Shown one piece after another: positions 14,757 through 27,608 of a stretch of 64,000 nt of DNA. Both the position numbers and the translations under genes were made by a program. The DNA is taken from NCBI RefSeq assembly GCF_009914755.1, contig NC_060936.1. The stretch is one strand, 5' to 3'. Within the stretch, counting starts at the first letter, position 1. Each line of letters opens with the position of its first letter. A model generated the notes under the pieces. That model did not search any database and had not been told where the DNA came from. It saw only the letters and a program-made list of their open reading frames with translations. The DNA is from the human T2T-CHM13v2.0 reference genome, Homo sapiens.

Positions 14757-15163
14757 TGGTAGCAGATGCTGTGGTGCACCACCCAAATCCACCTTCTAGG
14801 ATTGCGGCTCTCATTACTACAGCAGCCGGAACTGCTGGCTTCTAAGAGTCCCCAGCCGAGTCCTTCTCCAGTTACTGCCCTCTGCCAGGTGGGCTTTCTC
14901 TCCCACATCCAATGGCTGATTGAGGTTGGGGTACAAAGGCCTGGTCCTGTGCCTCAACAGGGACAACTCTGAAGAGCCATCCCAACTCCAGAGCCCCTTG
15001 TGGGAGAGGCTGAAGCCTCTGTTGCAACTGCATTACATTTCAACTTCTTTGCCTGATCTTGCTGTCTTCTCTCTCACCTGAGTTGATCCAGAGAGCACTT
15101 TCCAATACATCTCCAGCACATTAATCTGAGTATTTCAGATTTCCCAGGAAAGCTGACCTAAGA
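14757..15163 (+). mobile_element. LTR16-family (ERVL) solo LTR
   Basis: cagatgctgtggtgcaccacccaaatcc ... cccaactccagagcccc ... gacctaagac, as in recalled LTR16 consensus. Confidence 0.7.
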
Positions 15164-15865
15164 CTGGACCATTTTACATATGTGAGTGGGGCTTTTGATA
15201 AGCATTTCAAGTTGTAAAACAGGTCTATTTATAAACATTTTTAATATATTGAAATTTCCCAGGAAGTATACATATTAATCTTGTTATAAGAATTTTACTC
15301 CATCATAATTCTACCCTAGGAACTGTTGTAGTCTGAGAGTAACAACACAAAGATGTTAACAAGAGATTGTGTCTGGATTGCTTAGGATAGTCAGAGCTTG
15401 ATTCTTAGCTTTTCATGTCCAGAAATTTAACTTTGTCAGAGGTGACCAAACTCAGAGGAACCAATACGGAGTAAGGGTAGTGTAACTGAGAGGAGAACAT
15501 GTGGCAATTTGAGAGTGGGAATTTATAATGAAAAATGTAATTGCCAAGCAAATCAAAAATTTCTATTGGCTAATTGACATACTCTTACCTCATAAGAAAA
15601 TCTACATGGGAAGTCAAATCAGAAATTTACTTGATGAATACAATGATTGATTTATTTGATTTTAATTGATCCAATTTATCTGATAACCTTTGTAGCATTC
15701 AGCCCTGGTAGGGCATACCACAAGTAGACCAGATATTCATTTCTGCTTGCCAAGTTACTCTTGCCCCAGACAGCTTGCAATATACAACTTAATACTTGTA
15801 AATAAAACGCCTCTGCCCAGAGCTCTGCAACAGCTTTCTATTGCTATTATATGAAGATAAATCTT

Positions 15866-16046
15866 AGCTGGGCATGGTGGCACACACCTGGAGTCTCAGC
15901 TACTCGGGATGCTGAGGCAGGAGGATCACTTAAGCCCAGGAGTTTGAGCCTGCAGTATGCCATAATCACACCTGTGAACAGCCACAGCACTCCAGCCTGG
16001 GTAACATGGTCAGATCTTGTCTCTATAGCAACAACAACAACAACAA
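15866..16046 (+). mobile_element. FAM (fossil Alu monomer) with (CAA)n tail
   Basis: Monomer carrying the FAM-diagnostic 7SL segment cctgtgaacagccac. Confidence 0.8.
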
Positions 16047-18408
16047 TTTCTTAACCTTCTCCACAAGGCCCTGTGTTGTCTAATCAGATAAAAAAAAAAA
16101 TTCCTTGAAAGCCCTATTTGGGTTATTTTCTCCAGGAAATCAAATCAGCATAAAATGCATGAAGCTAACCCGCTGAAAGCAACCACCTGATTCCTGGGGA
16201 GGTTGTAGAGTATAGCAGAATGAATGAGAAGCACATCCAGTAACTTCTCCCCCACAATCCCTCTCTGTAGCTTCATAAAATAATTCAACCAAAATTATCA
16301 ACACAGCACCAGCTAACACCAAGAATGATCTTGCCTGCCCCAGACTCTACTAGAATTCGCTACATTTAAACAAGCCACAGGTTTTGTAACTTACTTCCCT
16401 ACATAGCCTTATCCCCAACCTTAACCCCAGAGCTGAAACGAAGAAGAGGAACATAGATTGCATGCCTGTGAAGTGGCTTTCCTGTCAAGGTCTTAGACTT
16501 TCTTTCACTGCCTAGATTAAAAATATAAACAAAACCCAGTGTGAGCAAGCATGTGGGGAAATGGGAATTTTCTTGTACTGCCTGCTGGTAGCGTGGAAAC
16601 TGGTGTAACCTCTGGATGGTAGTTTGGTAACAGGCTTGGAAATGTAAAGTGTGCATTGCCTTTGAGTCACTTCTAGTAGTTTGCCCTGAAGTTCACATTC
16701 TCTAGTGGGAGGAGATAACTAAAAAGGAAGTTCAACTGTTTTAACATAGTGGAAACTGTTGCAAGTAATGGTTTAGAATTTAGAAAACCACGAATATCAA
16801 ATGATCTTCGGAAACATACTTTTTCAAGAGCGACCCTCTATATGATTGTGATGTAATGTCAATTGTGAACTGAGGGATGTCAATCCATAATATCAAGAAA
16901 AATTATGCTAAAAAATCTCTAATGTGATTCAGCCTTTTTTCAGTCTAGTCAAGTCAGTTAAAAAATAAAGCAGGGATCAATTAGAAGTCACTGTTTCCAG
17001 GTTTATAAAGTAATTTGCAGAAGACAGTCTGGTGATAGCTCTGAATGGACTGTCGTGGATGATTAAATGGCCCAGTGAAAGTCCCATGCAGCTTGTAAAA
17101 TAGAGTCTTCATTTTCAAACAAACTCAACTATACTTAGTTGTCTGGTCTCCGTTAGAGTCCTTTTGAAAGTCATGGCTATGAGAAGAGGAGCCAGGAGTC
17201 AAGCACTCTTAGTCTCAAACTGGAAAGGCCCATTCAGTTTTTTAAAAAATCTTGTAAACTTTCAATTTTTTTCCAAGGTAAAAACCTTACTAGGTTTTCA
17301 TCAGGACAGACTTCCAGGAGAACTAAAAAGCACCTATTCTCTCTCCTTTTTAAATCTATTGGCGTAACACTGCATATCATAAACTTTTATGCTCTTTAAA
17401 ATCTCCGTATCTGTAGTTGCATCTCCATTATCATTGTTACTGTTTGTGTCTTTTTGTTTTCCCTGGATTAATCTTGTCAAGCTGTTTCCTATTTCCTTTA
17501 CTTTTCCAAAGAATCAGTTTTTGGTTATTGTCAATTTCAGTCATTTTTTTTTTCAAAAAAATTAATTTCTAAATTAACTAATTTAATTTCTGCCTTTATG
17601 TTTAAAATTATATTTGAAATTATTAATCATAACAGAATTTACATACATTTGAAAAACAGAGGTATATATGGGAATGATTATATATTTGATTTACATTCCT
17701 TGGTGGACATAAGGGTCATGGAGGGGCTTCTGCTCTAAGTTTTATATCCTTCTTCTTCCTTTGAATTTATTTTGTTTTCTCTTTCAGGTTTCCTGAGTTG
17801 AAAGCTTTGTTCATTTGTTTTCATTTTTGTGTTTTCTGTGAAGTGCATTTAAAACAATAAATTAGCCCTCTAAATACTGCTTTGGGTATATCTCACAGTT
17901 GCAAAATTGCATAGATGGAAAAGTTGCTTTATTCATTTGGTAGAAGGGTTTTATCAATAGCTTTCCTTCTATTATTATTTACTACTGCCATTTGGCATTC
18001 ATTCTTTATTTACTATGTGGTAGGCCTAAGAGAGTAAAAGTAATATCAAAGAGTTCTTCCGATCAAGGAGCTACCACTTTCACATGGCAAAAACAAAAAT
18101 CAGATAAATTGAGTGCTGAAAAGGTTTTCATCATGATTTTTCTCATCCTTTCTGGCCTACAATTTTAGCCTGTCTGCCTACATTTAGCATAAACTTGAAG
18201 AAGAGGGAATATGTGGAGGAAGGGGATACAAAGTCATATTCAGCTATAGTCTAATAAGGTTAGTAGTGGCCACAGTGTATGTTTATTACCTGAACTTTGA
18301 TTCTGTATCAGATAGTTGGTGATAAGAGTTTTGGAAGTTCCTTCAAATGATCTATTACTTAGGTCAATGGTTCTTAACCTGGGTCTGTGAACCTCAATGC
18401 AAAAACCA

Positions 18409-19812
18409 TATATATATTACATATATAACTATGTATAGTTATATAGTTATATATATTACATATATGACTATGTATAGTTGTATAGTTATATATATTACAT
18501 ATATGACTATGTATAGTTGTATAGTTATATATATTACATATATGACTATGTATAGTTGTATAGTTATATATATTACATATATGACTATGTATAGTTGTAT
18601 AGTTATATATATTACATATATGACTATGTATAGTTGTATAGTTATATATATTACATATATGACTATGTATAGTTGTATAGTTATATATATTACATATATG
18701 ACTATGTATAGTTGTATAGTTATATATATTACATATATGACTATGTATAGTTGTATAGTTATATATATTACATATATGACTATGTATAGTTGTATAGTTA
18801 TATATATTACATATATGACTATGTATAGTTGTATAGTTATATATATTACATATATGACTATGTATAGTTGTATAGTTATATATATTACATATATGACTAT
18901 GTATAGTTGTATAGTTATATATATTACATATATGACTATGTATAGTTGTATAGTTATATATATTACATATATGACTATGTATAGTTGTATAGTTATATAT
19001 ATTACATATATGACTATGTATAGTTGTATAGTTATATATATTACATATATGACTATGTATAGTTATATATATTACATATATGACTATGTATAGTTATATA
19101 TATTACATATATGACTATGTATAGTTATATATATTACATATATGACTATGTATAGTTATATATATTACATATATGACTCTGTATAGTTATATATTACATA
19201 TATGACTCTGTATAGTTATATATATTACATATATGACTCTGTATAGTTATATATATTACATATATGACTCTGTATAGTTATATATATTACATATATGACT
19301 CTGTATAGTTATATATATTACATATATGACTCTGTATAGTTATATATATTACATATATGACTCTGTATAGTTATATATATTACATATATGACTCTGTATA
19401 GTTATATATATTACATATATGACTCTGTATAGTTATATATATTACATATATGACTCTGTATAGTTATATATATTACATATATGACTCTGTATAGTTATAT
19501 ATATTACATATATGACTCTGTATAGTTATATATATTACATATATGACTCTGTATAGTTATATATATTACATATATGACTCTGTATAGTTATATATTACAT
19601 ATATGACTCTGTATAGTTATATATATTACATATATGACTATGTATAGTTATATATATTACATATATGACTATGTATAGTTATATATATTACATATATGAC
19701 TATGTATAGTCATATAGTTATATATATTACATATATGACTATGTATAGTCATATAGTTATATATTACATATATGACTATGTATAGTTATATAGTTATATA
19801 TATTACATATTA
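18409..19812. repeat. AT-rich minisatellite (VNTR) with 39-bp then 31-bp units
   Basis: About 16 x ATATATTACATATATGACTATGTATAGTTGTATAGTTAT, then about 21 x ATATATTACATATATGACT(A/C)TGTATAGTTAT, then a few 37-39-bp variants. Confidence 0.98.
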
Positions 19813-20054
19813 TGTAATTTTTTCACTAAACTCAAACTGAAAATTAGCATTTCTTCCATCATGAATGTAGGCAGCAAACCACAGGAATATTAGCAATACC
19901 TGTGACTTTTCCTCAATAGGAATCACACATATTTTCTACCCCATTAAAGTTGTTGTAGATATCTCAAAATATTGTTTCTGTGTATCATTACTACAAAATT
20001 ACTGTAGGTCTTGATCTTATTATTTAATGCATTAATAAAGAGGCAAATATATAA

Positions 20055-20630
20055 CTATTTTAGTTATCTATGGCAGTGTAACATAGTATCCCAAAAGTTA
20101 GTGGCTTAAAACCACAAATATTTATTGTCTCACAGTTTCTGTGGGCCAGAAATCTGGGCTTGGCTAGTTGGGCCTGCTGGCTCAGTATCTGGTTTTACAA
20201 GGCTGCAGTCTAGGTGTCAGGTGGGGCTGCAGTCATCTCAAGGCTCAACTGGGAAAGAATCTACTTCCAAGCTTACTTACATGATTATTGGCAGTATTCA
20301 GTTCATCACAGGTTGTTGGACTGGGGGCCTGAATTCCTTGGTGGCTGTTGACTGGATCTCTCTCAGTTCCTTGCCATGTGGGCTTCTCTGTAAGGCAGGT
20401 CACAAGACAGCAGCTGGCTTCCATGAAAGCGAGCAAGTGAGAGAGCAAGGACAAGCAAGATGGAGCCCAGAATATTTTTGTAACCTAATCACGGAAATGA
20501 TATCCTAATCACTTTTGCTATATTTCCTTTTTAAGAACTAAGTTACTAGAGAAGGGAATTACAGAAGGCAGGAATACTAGAAGGCGTGGATCATTGGCAG
20601 CCATCTTAGATGCTACTACTACTTACCACA
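20055..20630 (-). mobile_element. MLT1 (F/G/H-like) MaLR LTR
   Basis: ttagtggcttaaaaccacaaatatttattgtctcacagtttctgtggg ... ggatcattggcagccatcttaga. Confidence 0.82.
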
Positions 20631-21899
20631 TAATTATATTACAAACTCACTTTTTAGTATTTTGGTAACTGTATGTTAACATTATCAATTTCCTTTGTAA
20701 CCCTAGGTAGTTTATGCATTTAAGAACACTGTTTTGAAAAGGGGTCCATAGACCACCAAAATTCTGGTTCATAGCTCTAATTTGTTTCAGTTGAGGTACT
20801 TTCAACAACTTCCCAGGGAAATTTGTTTACAATGGTCTCAATTTAGGAGAATTTAGGAACTAGAGGTCAAAGTCTTAGGCTATCCCATATTAACCTAGAC
20901 TGCTACTCTATACTAGTTCATATTACTCTAGTATGGCACATTTGAAGACATAAATTTGCTGTGGAACAAACCATACACTGTTCTCAATCTTATCGTAGCA
21001 TTTGAATGGTATGTGTATGCGTGCAGTACAGGGAGAAGGGTGTATAGGCCTGTCAAGCTTGTCTGATCACAATTAAACCTCCTATGCTTGTATATGACAA
21101 CTGTCATTTGAGTTTCAAAATGACCATATAAGTGGAGCTGATCTCCCCAAAAATACACTAATTACCAAACTAGAGCTTTTCCCACTACTAAGCTATGTAT
21201 GAAAAAGCACAGTGTAAGAAAGAGAAATGAGGTAATGCTTCTTTCCTAGGTGTTTTGCTCGTGTCACCTGCTCTTGGGAAACCTAAAGATGACAGGTGGC
21301 ATTTCTAAGTGATAGTTTTTGCAAGCACAGTACCAGCTTCATACGTTGTCTCAGTAAGCTAAAAGCTAAGAATATTTTATAAGACCTCCAATACTCATAT
21401 TGAGGATAAACTTGCCAACAATAATTGGGAGTCATTCTCTCATTTGGCTTTCCCAAAGGCCAGTTTTGTCCCCAGACGCAAATTGCATCAACCTTCCCAA
21501 AGTTGTCCCTTTTGGGTCATCCTATAGGGGAGTGCTCTTCTGCACAATTCTCAGATCCTACTGATAAAGCAGGCCAGTACTGTAGTTATTTTAGATTTTC
21601 CAAGAAAACTCAAACAGGTTTTTAATGTATTTTTTGTGGCATTTACAAATCCTGGTTCCTCTCCAGTCTCTGGAGTCCCCTCATGGTGAAATGGAAGCGT
21701 CAAGGAACCTGGGTGGCTTCGAGTCCCCACAGCTACCGACTGAGCAACTTAGCTGATCCATCTTTGTTGACAACTGTTTCCCAATCTGAAAAATGCGTGA
21801 ATTCTCTCTTTCCATTTCTAACATTCTTTGCATTGCACTGTTTGAAAAATTCGGATGACATTTAGAATGTGACTAATGTCGCAACACATTAGGCCACTC

Positions 21900-22760
21900 T
21901 CAAGAGAGGCCTGAACAGGTTTGGCGTAAAAACGGCAGTGAGGTGAGGCTGGTGAGAGGGGAAGTGGCGACAGTTCAGTCAACTCCCTCAAAACCAGTCT
22001 GGCCTTCACCAGGCGGAGATGGGTGGGGCCGGGAAGACCGGCGTTGACGACAGAAGGCTACTTCCGGCTGTGGTGCGTATGACGTCAGGGCGAGTCGGAC
22101 CGACCCAGCCACCGAGAAGCCGAGGAGGCAAGGCTCGCGAGAGTTCAGGGAGGCCGCCCTGAGATTCCGGCGAGGCCGCGGGTCCCACCTCCCGGGGGCG
22201 GGGCGAGGGCGGAGCGGGGAGAAGGGAGCTGACGGGCGCCCGGCCGGCTGCGGTCCGTGCGGAGGCTGAGCCGGCCGCGGGCGCGACCGGAGGCAGGTGA
22301 GTTCGCGGATGTAGCGCTCGGCTGAGGGCCCGAGCTCGCCGCGCCAGCCCCAACTCTGCGAGCAGGAGCAGGAGGAGATTTTAGGTGTCTTTGGGTGTCC
22401 AGGGAAAGCCGGGCTAATTCTGGGGCTGGAAATGTCTCCGGGGAACCTGCGGCGACGGCCTTGGCCCTCTTATTCCCCGGGGTGATACTGGCCCCATGTG
22501 TCCAGAGAGGGAGCCTCGCACCCGGGGAGGAATCTTTGTCCTCTGCTCCTTTCTCCTTCCACTCCCCGGCCCCCGAGCACTCCGCTCCGGGTCCCCGCCT
22601 GGGCTTCACAAACAATAACAAATGTCGCGGATCCTCTCCGGGTAGCCCCAGCGCTCCCGTCCCGTGCCCTCCAGCCGATGTCACCCAGAGCCAGGATCCG
22701 AAGCATGGCTCTTCAATTGTGGGGGCTGTTTGTGTACCGTTCCTAAAAACTGATGCGTCA
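21900..22760. promoter_or_regulatory. CpG island / TATA-less housekeeping-type promoter
   Basis: Sharp rise in GC and CpG density; ETS ACTTCCGG at 22060-22067; full CRE TGACGTCA at 22080-22087; GCTCGCGAGA (9/10 match to TCTCGCGAGA) at 22133-22142; GC box at 22194-22205. Confidence 0.93.
22088..22296 (+). other. STK38L: Non-coding first exon (5' UTR), tentatively STK38L/NDR2; start position approximate
   Basis: GC-rich and ATG-free from 22088, ending in a perfect CAG|GTGAGT donor. The exon itself is well supported. The gene name rests only on my recollection of the STK38L 5' UTR (…gcgcgaccggaggcag joined to a coding exon 2) and of its ~50-kb first intron. Confidence 0.5.
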
Positions 22761-24835
22761 GATTGCCAAACATTTCTCAAGACAGACTCAGGAAAGCCTC
22801 CCAGCTCCTAGAAGCCACGGAGCGCTCAAAACCAGTCTTAGAATCTGTCTTTACCATTGCACCCGTAGCCCCTTCCTTTCAAAATCATTTCTCCCACTCC
22901 TTTTTTCACCTTTAGTATCGAGGTCGAACGAGTGGTTATTTGGTGTGGGAGTAGAAAAGAGTATAACCGATTGAGTAGGGCACGTTTCACCTTTAAAAAG
23001 TTGCCAGGTTGACAGCAAAAGAACAAACTTTATTTTCAAAACCAGTGGCCTCCCCTTTTACTGGTGCTGCTTTTGTTTTGTGGAATAGCTTTTCGGGTTC
23101 TAAGTTTGGAGGAATGATATAAAAAGAAGTGGGAGGTGGGGGGAGGGCTAGTGGCTCTGGAAGTAGTGGCTTGTCCAAAAGTAGGATGCTATTGTTTCTC
23201 ACTTGATAAAATGCAGAACCAACACTTTTACCCATTTCACATAACTTGTGATAAGTTTTGAGAGAAGCCACTTAATCGGAAATGGCCTATTAGCTTATTT
23301 TACTGCTCAAATCTGAAAAAACAGCTTTAAGTGATTTAAGTTCTGCCTCTTGATTGTAAGATGGGGATTGATGAGTGAGACCTTGTCTTTTTTGGCGCTG
23401 GGGCTTACGTTTGACCGGTCTCTCTACTTTAAGGCAGGGCCTATTGTACTTAAGCCCATTTTTGCTTCCTCAGTACAGATTCTTGAAAGTTCTTTGTCTC
23501 AATCATATCTGTATATAAGGTACTGTAAACCTCTTTGAATTTGATTGGCCTTTCTCTCTGTGCCTCAGGATATGTAAAACAATTAAGTTTATTATACTCT
23601 CTCCCCAGTGGCTGAGAGGTATTGTATGTGAATTAGCCACCCTTGTGACTATTTGAGGAGAGAGAAGTTAGTCTAAAATATTATGTTAAATTATGATATT
23701 ACATAATTTTATTGCATAAGTTCATCAAACTACTTCCATCTGAAAAATCCTGATCTCAAAATAGGTAGGTACAATGAATTAAAAAATGTTTTGGTTTGAC
23801 CTCACTTAGCTTTGTTTTCTCCTTGTTAAGATGGCTGATAATGTTTCCCATTTGGTTGTGATGTGTTTAGAATGAGAAGCAAAGTTGGGTGTAGTTTTTG
23901 TACTCTTTTGAAAGGCCTTGCCACTAGGAATGAAAAAATTAGACTTAGAAAACACACATTAAATAGAAGCAGTTTTTCTCTAGCCATTTGCTCTTGAGTT
24001 TGTTTTAAAATAAGTCAAAGAATGGAGACTGAGGTGATTTGTGCCAACAAATAGATGTCCTTGTTAGTTTTTATGCTGAAAACTTGATTTCTAAAGGTAG
24101 GACACTGTAAGAACAAAGGAGAAATTGGACTTCCTAAAAAATGATAACAAAGCAATGGACTCAGTTCAGCTGTTTGCTTTCAGAAAAGTTCTGTTCTCTT
24201 AAAGTAAGGAGAGCATCATTGTGTTAGTGAAATTGGATAACGCACCTTAGAAAGTGCCTCCCCAGTGATCCAGGATAAGTTGGAGGCTCTTTTGTGTGTG
24301 TGTGTGGCACTTTTTGTTAAGAGGGAGAAAGGGCACAAATCAGAGCCAGAAAGATTTGCATCTCGATGTATTGTTAAAATGCTTTTATTTTATGTAAATA
24401 GTGTCGGGTGAATCAAGCAAGCATATTGTTGTCTAGCATCCTTAGGATTACATTAAAATCAGCAGATTGGCAAGTTATGATTAGGTTAGACTTGACATAT
24501 GCAGAAATTATGCTTCTGTATTTTTATATTAAAAGCACCATGGTCTTTTTGAATGAAATAATGAAAGCAAGCTTTTAAGACATAACTTTTTTAAAAAATT
24601 AAAAATCTGTCTTTGGTTAGTTTATAAACATGAAGCATATCCTCCTCTTCTTCCCCCCAAAATTTTTGTTTAAGTCTTAAGAAAGTCTTTAGCAAGGTAT
24701 GACCAGTACTTAAGTGCACTCACTGGTTGCATAAGCCTTCTGTCTCCAGGTAAAAGTTTGCTAATTGACAGGGTATTATTGTTCAGAATCTTTAGAGGGA
24801 GAGAAATGAAAGGCAACGGTGAACAGTGTTTGCTG

Positions 24836-24897
24836 CTCTGTACACTCGGACGAACTGTGGTTGCTACTCTGTACACTCGGACGAACTGTGGTTGCTG
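24836..24897. repeat. 31-bp tandem duplication
   Basis: ctctgtacactcggacgaactgtggttgct(a/g) x2. Confidence 0.95.
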
Positions 24898-25074
24898 TCT
24901 TCAAGGAGATGTGATCCAGTGGGAGAGAAATATACCTACCCAAATAAATACCATAGAAAATGTGTTTTATGAGGAAGCCAAGGAGGGAGGGATTAAGTGC
25001 TGCTAGACCAATTAAGGAAGACTGAAATAGGAAAAGGCGTTTCTGTGGATGATTTAAGTGATCTAGTCATATGA

Positions 25075-25310
25075 TAATGATGATAAGTAAATACTTTATA
25101 TAATGCTGCTTCCTGCTAAATCCTTTACATATATTACTTACTTGCCTGGCTTTAATCCTCACAACAACTGTATGGAGTAGGTATTTTTATTATTCCCGTT
25201 TTGCAGATGAAGTAACTGTGGTACTAAGGTTAGATAGCTATTGAGTGGTAGGACCAGGATTCTGACCCAGGCATTCTGGCTTGTACCCATATGGCATGCT
25301 TAACTGCAAT
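25075..25310 (-). mobile_element. MIR
   Basis: tttaatcctcacaacaac ... cccgttttgcagatgaagtaactg. Confidence 0.8.
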
Positions 25311-25651
25311 CCATATTTTCTCTCCTGTTCATGATGGTCTTCCTCAGATCTGTAGTTTCAAAAACTTGACTTGGGAAATACATTCTTCTGACATCTAAAT
25401 TTTGGGGTCAGTTTTCTAGAAAGAGTTCCAAAATAACACCCAAGTAAATGAGTTATTTTTGACATGTTATTTTAATCCATTTTTGGAAGTTATTCTTGGT
25501 GCAGATTAAATATAACTATTGAGTGGGACTTTTTAATAATTTTGACTTATTACCTATAAGTACTCATAAGAACTTAGAAGTGAGAAGTTATTCCATATTA
25601 ACTCTTTTGCTTAATGGAATGTTTGAGTCTTTGTATATTTTGTCCTGTAAT

Positions 25652-26084
25652 TTATTTTTTTTAAAGAAAGAACCTCACTGTCTTGCCCAGCCTGGACTCG
25701 AACTTCTGGGCTCAGATGATCTTCTTGCCTCCTAAGTTGCAGGAACTATAGGCCTGAGCCACTGTGTTTGGCTTTGTTCTGTAATTTTTTTTTTTTTTTT
25801 TTTTTGACAGAGTTTAAGTCTGTCTTTTAGGCTGGAGTGCAGTAGTGCAATCATGGCTCATTGCAACCTCTGCCTCTCAGGCTCAAGCGATCCTCCCACC
25901 TCAGCCTCCTGAGTAGCTCGGACTACAGGTGTGCACAAGCACGCCCGACTGATTTTTAAATTTTTTGTAGAGACAGGGTTTCACTATGTTGCCCAGCCTG
26001 GTCTCGAACTCCTTGGCTCAAGTGATCCTCCTGCCTTGGCCTCCCAAATGTTGGGATTACAGGTGTGAGCCAATGTGCCCAGCC
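25652..26084 (-). mobile_element. FLAM-like monomer (25652-25773) followed by AluJ (25785-26084)
   Basis: Two antisense Alu-family elements, with three copies of the same target sequence around and between them. Confidence 0.88.
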
Positions 26085-27300
26085 CTGTTCTATAATTTTT
26101 TAAACCACTTGGCACTGGATAGTTTTTGGGTTGAATTATGAAGTTGAAATTTAGTTAATGATTGAATGTTGGTCTCAGCCCTTTTAGTTTATTTTCATGA
26201 ATAGCTATGCTTATAATGGCAGAAACAGGGTGAATAGAGTGTTGTACATGTAAAAATGAGAGAAGTTCCATCACTGATACTTTATGTTGGGGCAACTTTG
26301 ACAGTTCTTTGGGTTTGTGAAATAAAGGGTGCTATAGAAGTGCACAGTGTCTTGTATAGGCCTACTCAGTACTGTAAATGTCCATCTGATTTTATTTATG
26401 AAGTTTCAGGAATAGTCCACATTTGTTATTGTTTAAGAATTGGAATCACAAATTCAATTGGATTTAAAGGTTAGAAAAAAAGTATACCTAGGCAGGGAAT
26501 ACAGCAGGTGAGCGGTGGGAGAGGTATTGCCTGCCTTTTCCTAACTGTCCAGCAGGATCCAGACTCTTCAGCTTCTTTGTCAGTGCCTGCAGTTGACCGT
26601 ACTCATAGTTTAAGTACAGCTCCAGAGTCATAGTCTCTGTGAACGAATATAAGTATTCTCCACTTGACTCAATGGGGTAGGTTCTAGAAGACACCTATAC
26701 TAGGACAGTTGATGGTTGATGAGCTTAAAACCTAATGGGAAGAGTAGCAGAACTAAAGCCAGGATTTAAAGCACGTGTGTTTATATTATTGAAATAAGAC
26801 AGAGATGGCAAAACAAATTTTAAAAAGTTTTTTTTTGAAACATACCTTAAATTAATAGTGATGGTATATCATTTCCATTTACCATGCCCTGATTGGCAGA
26901 TCTTTAGCCCATCATTTCATGGAGATACTTAGATGTGGACTTCGCTTTGTTATAAAAAGTTTCCAAGTTCTTCTAAGTACAGGTGGTTTGGGAAGATTGT
27001 CTTAGTAAAAAGGTGTGTGAGTAGGTCTATCAAAAGAAAACCAGTCATACTGTTACCTCCTTGCTGATTCAAGTTTTGGGGGCATCTTTTCCCACCAGGA
27101 ACAGCTTATCTGCATTGAACGTCTGCTGAGGCAGGTAGCCTGCCTCTTAGATGAGCTCTGCACAGATCTTAGGGAAGACCTTAACAGTTACAGGTCATGT
27201 GGTGACCTGATCATTCACAGTCATATTGTATAAATTCCAAACAGGCCTGGAGCCTTGGCAATTGTCTGTGGTATGTGATAACACTTCTACTATGCTTAGC

Positions 27301-27608
27301 TTTTATTTATTTATTTATTTATTTTTGAGACAGAGTTTCACTCTTGTTGCCAAGGCTGGAGCGCAATGCATGATTTTGGTTCACTGCAACCCCCGCCTCC
27401 TGGGTTCAAGTGATTCTCTTGCCTCAGCCTCCCAAATATCTGGGATTACAGGCACGCACCACCATGCCTGGCTAAGTTTTGTATTTTTAGTAGAGATGGG
27501 GTTTCACCATGTTGGTCAGGCTGGTCTCGAACTCCCGACCTCAGGTGATCCGCCCGCCTCGGCCTCCCAAAGTGCTGGGATTACAGGCGTGAGCCACTGC
27601 GCCTGGCC
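27301..27608 (-). mobile_element. AluS with (TTTA)n tail
   Basis: TSD ctatgcttagctttta on both sides. Confidence 0.96.

Larger units (their letters stand above)
18363..20760. mobile_element. hAT-Charlie-type DNA transposon remnant (MER119-like), interrupted by the VNTR and an MLT1 LTR
   Basis: Charlie-like terminus caatggttcttaacctggg; atgaatgtaggcagcaaaccacag; tttatgcatttaagaacactgttttgaaaaggggtccatag. Confidence 0.6.

Noticed and set aside
18347-19093. 248-aa ORF of repeated IVIYITYMTMYSC
   Set aside because: Artefact of a 39-bp (3n) stop-free repeat unit; it ends once the unit becomes 31 bp; no promoter or splice support
18409-19812. CRISPR-like array
   Set aside because: Units are head-to-tail with no unique spacers, there are no cas genes, and the DNA is primate
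22006-22811. Overlapping 78-211-aa ORFs in the CpG island
   Set aside because: Stop-poor GC-rich DNA gives long Pro/Ala/Gly/Arg ORFs on both strands; no recognisable domain, and several use non-ATG starts
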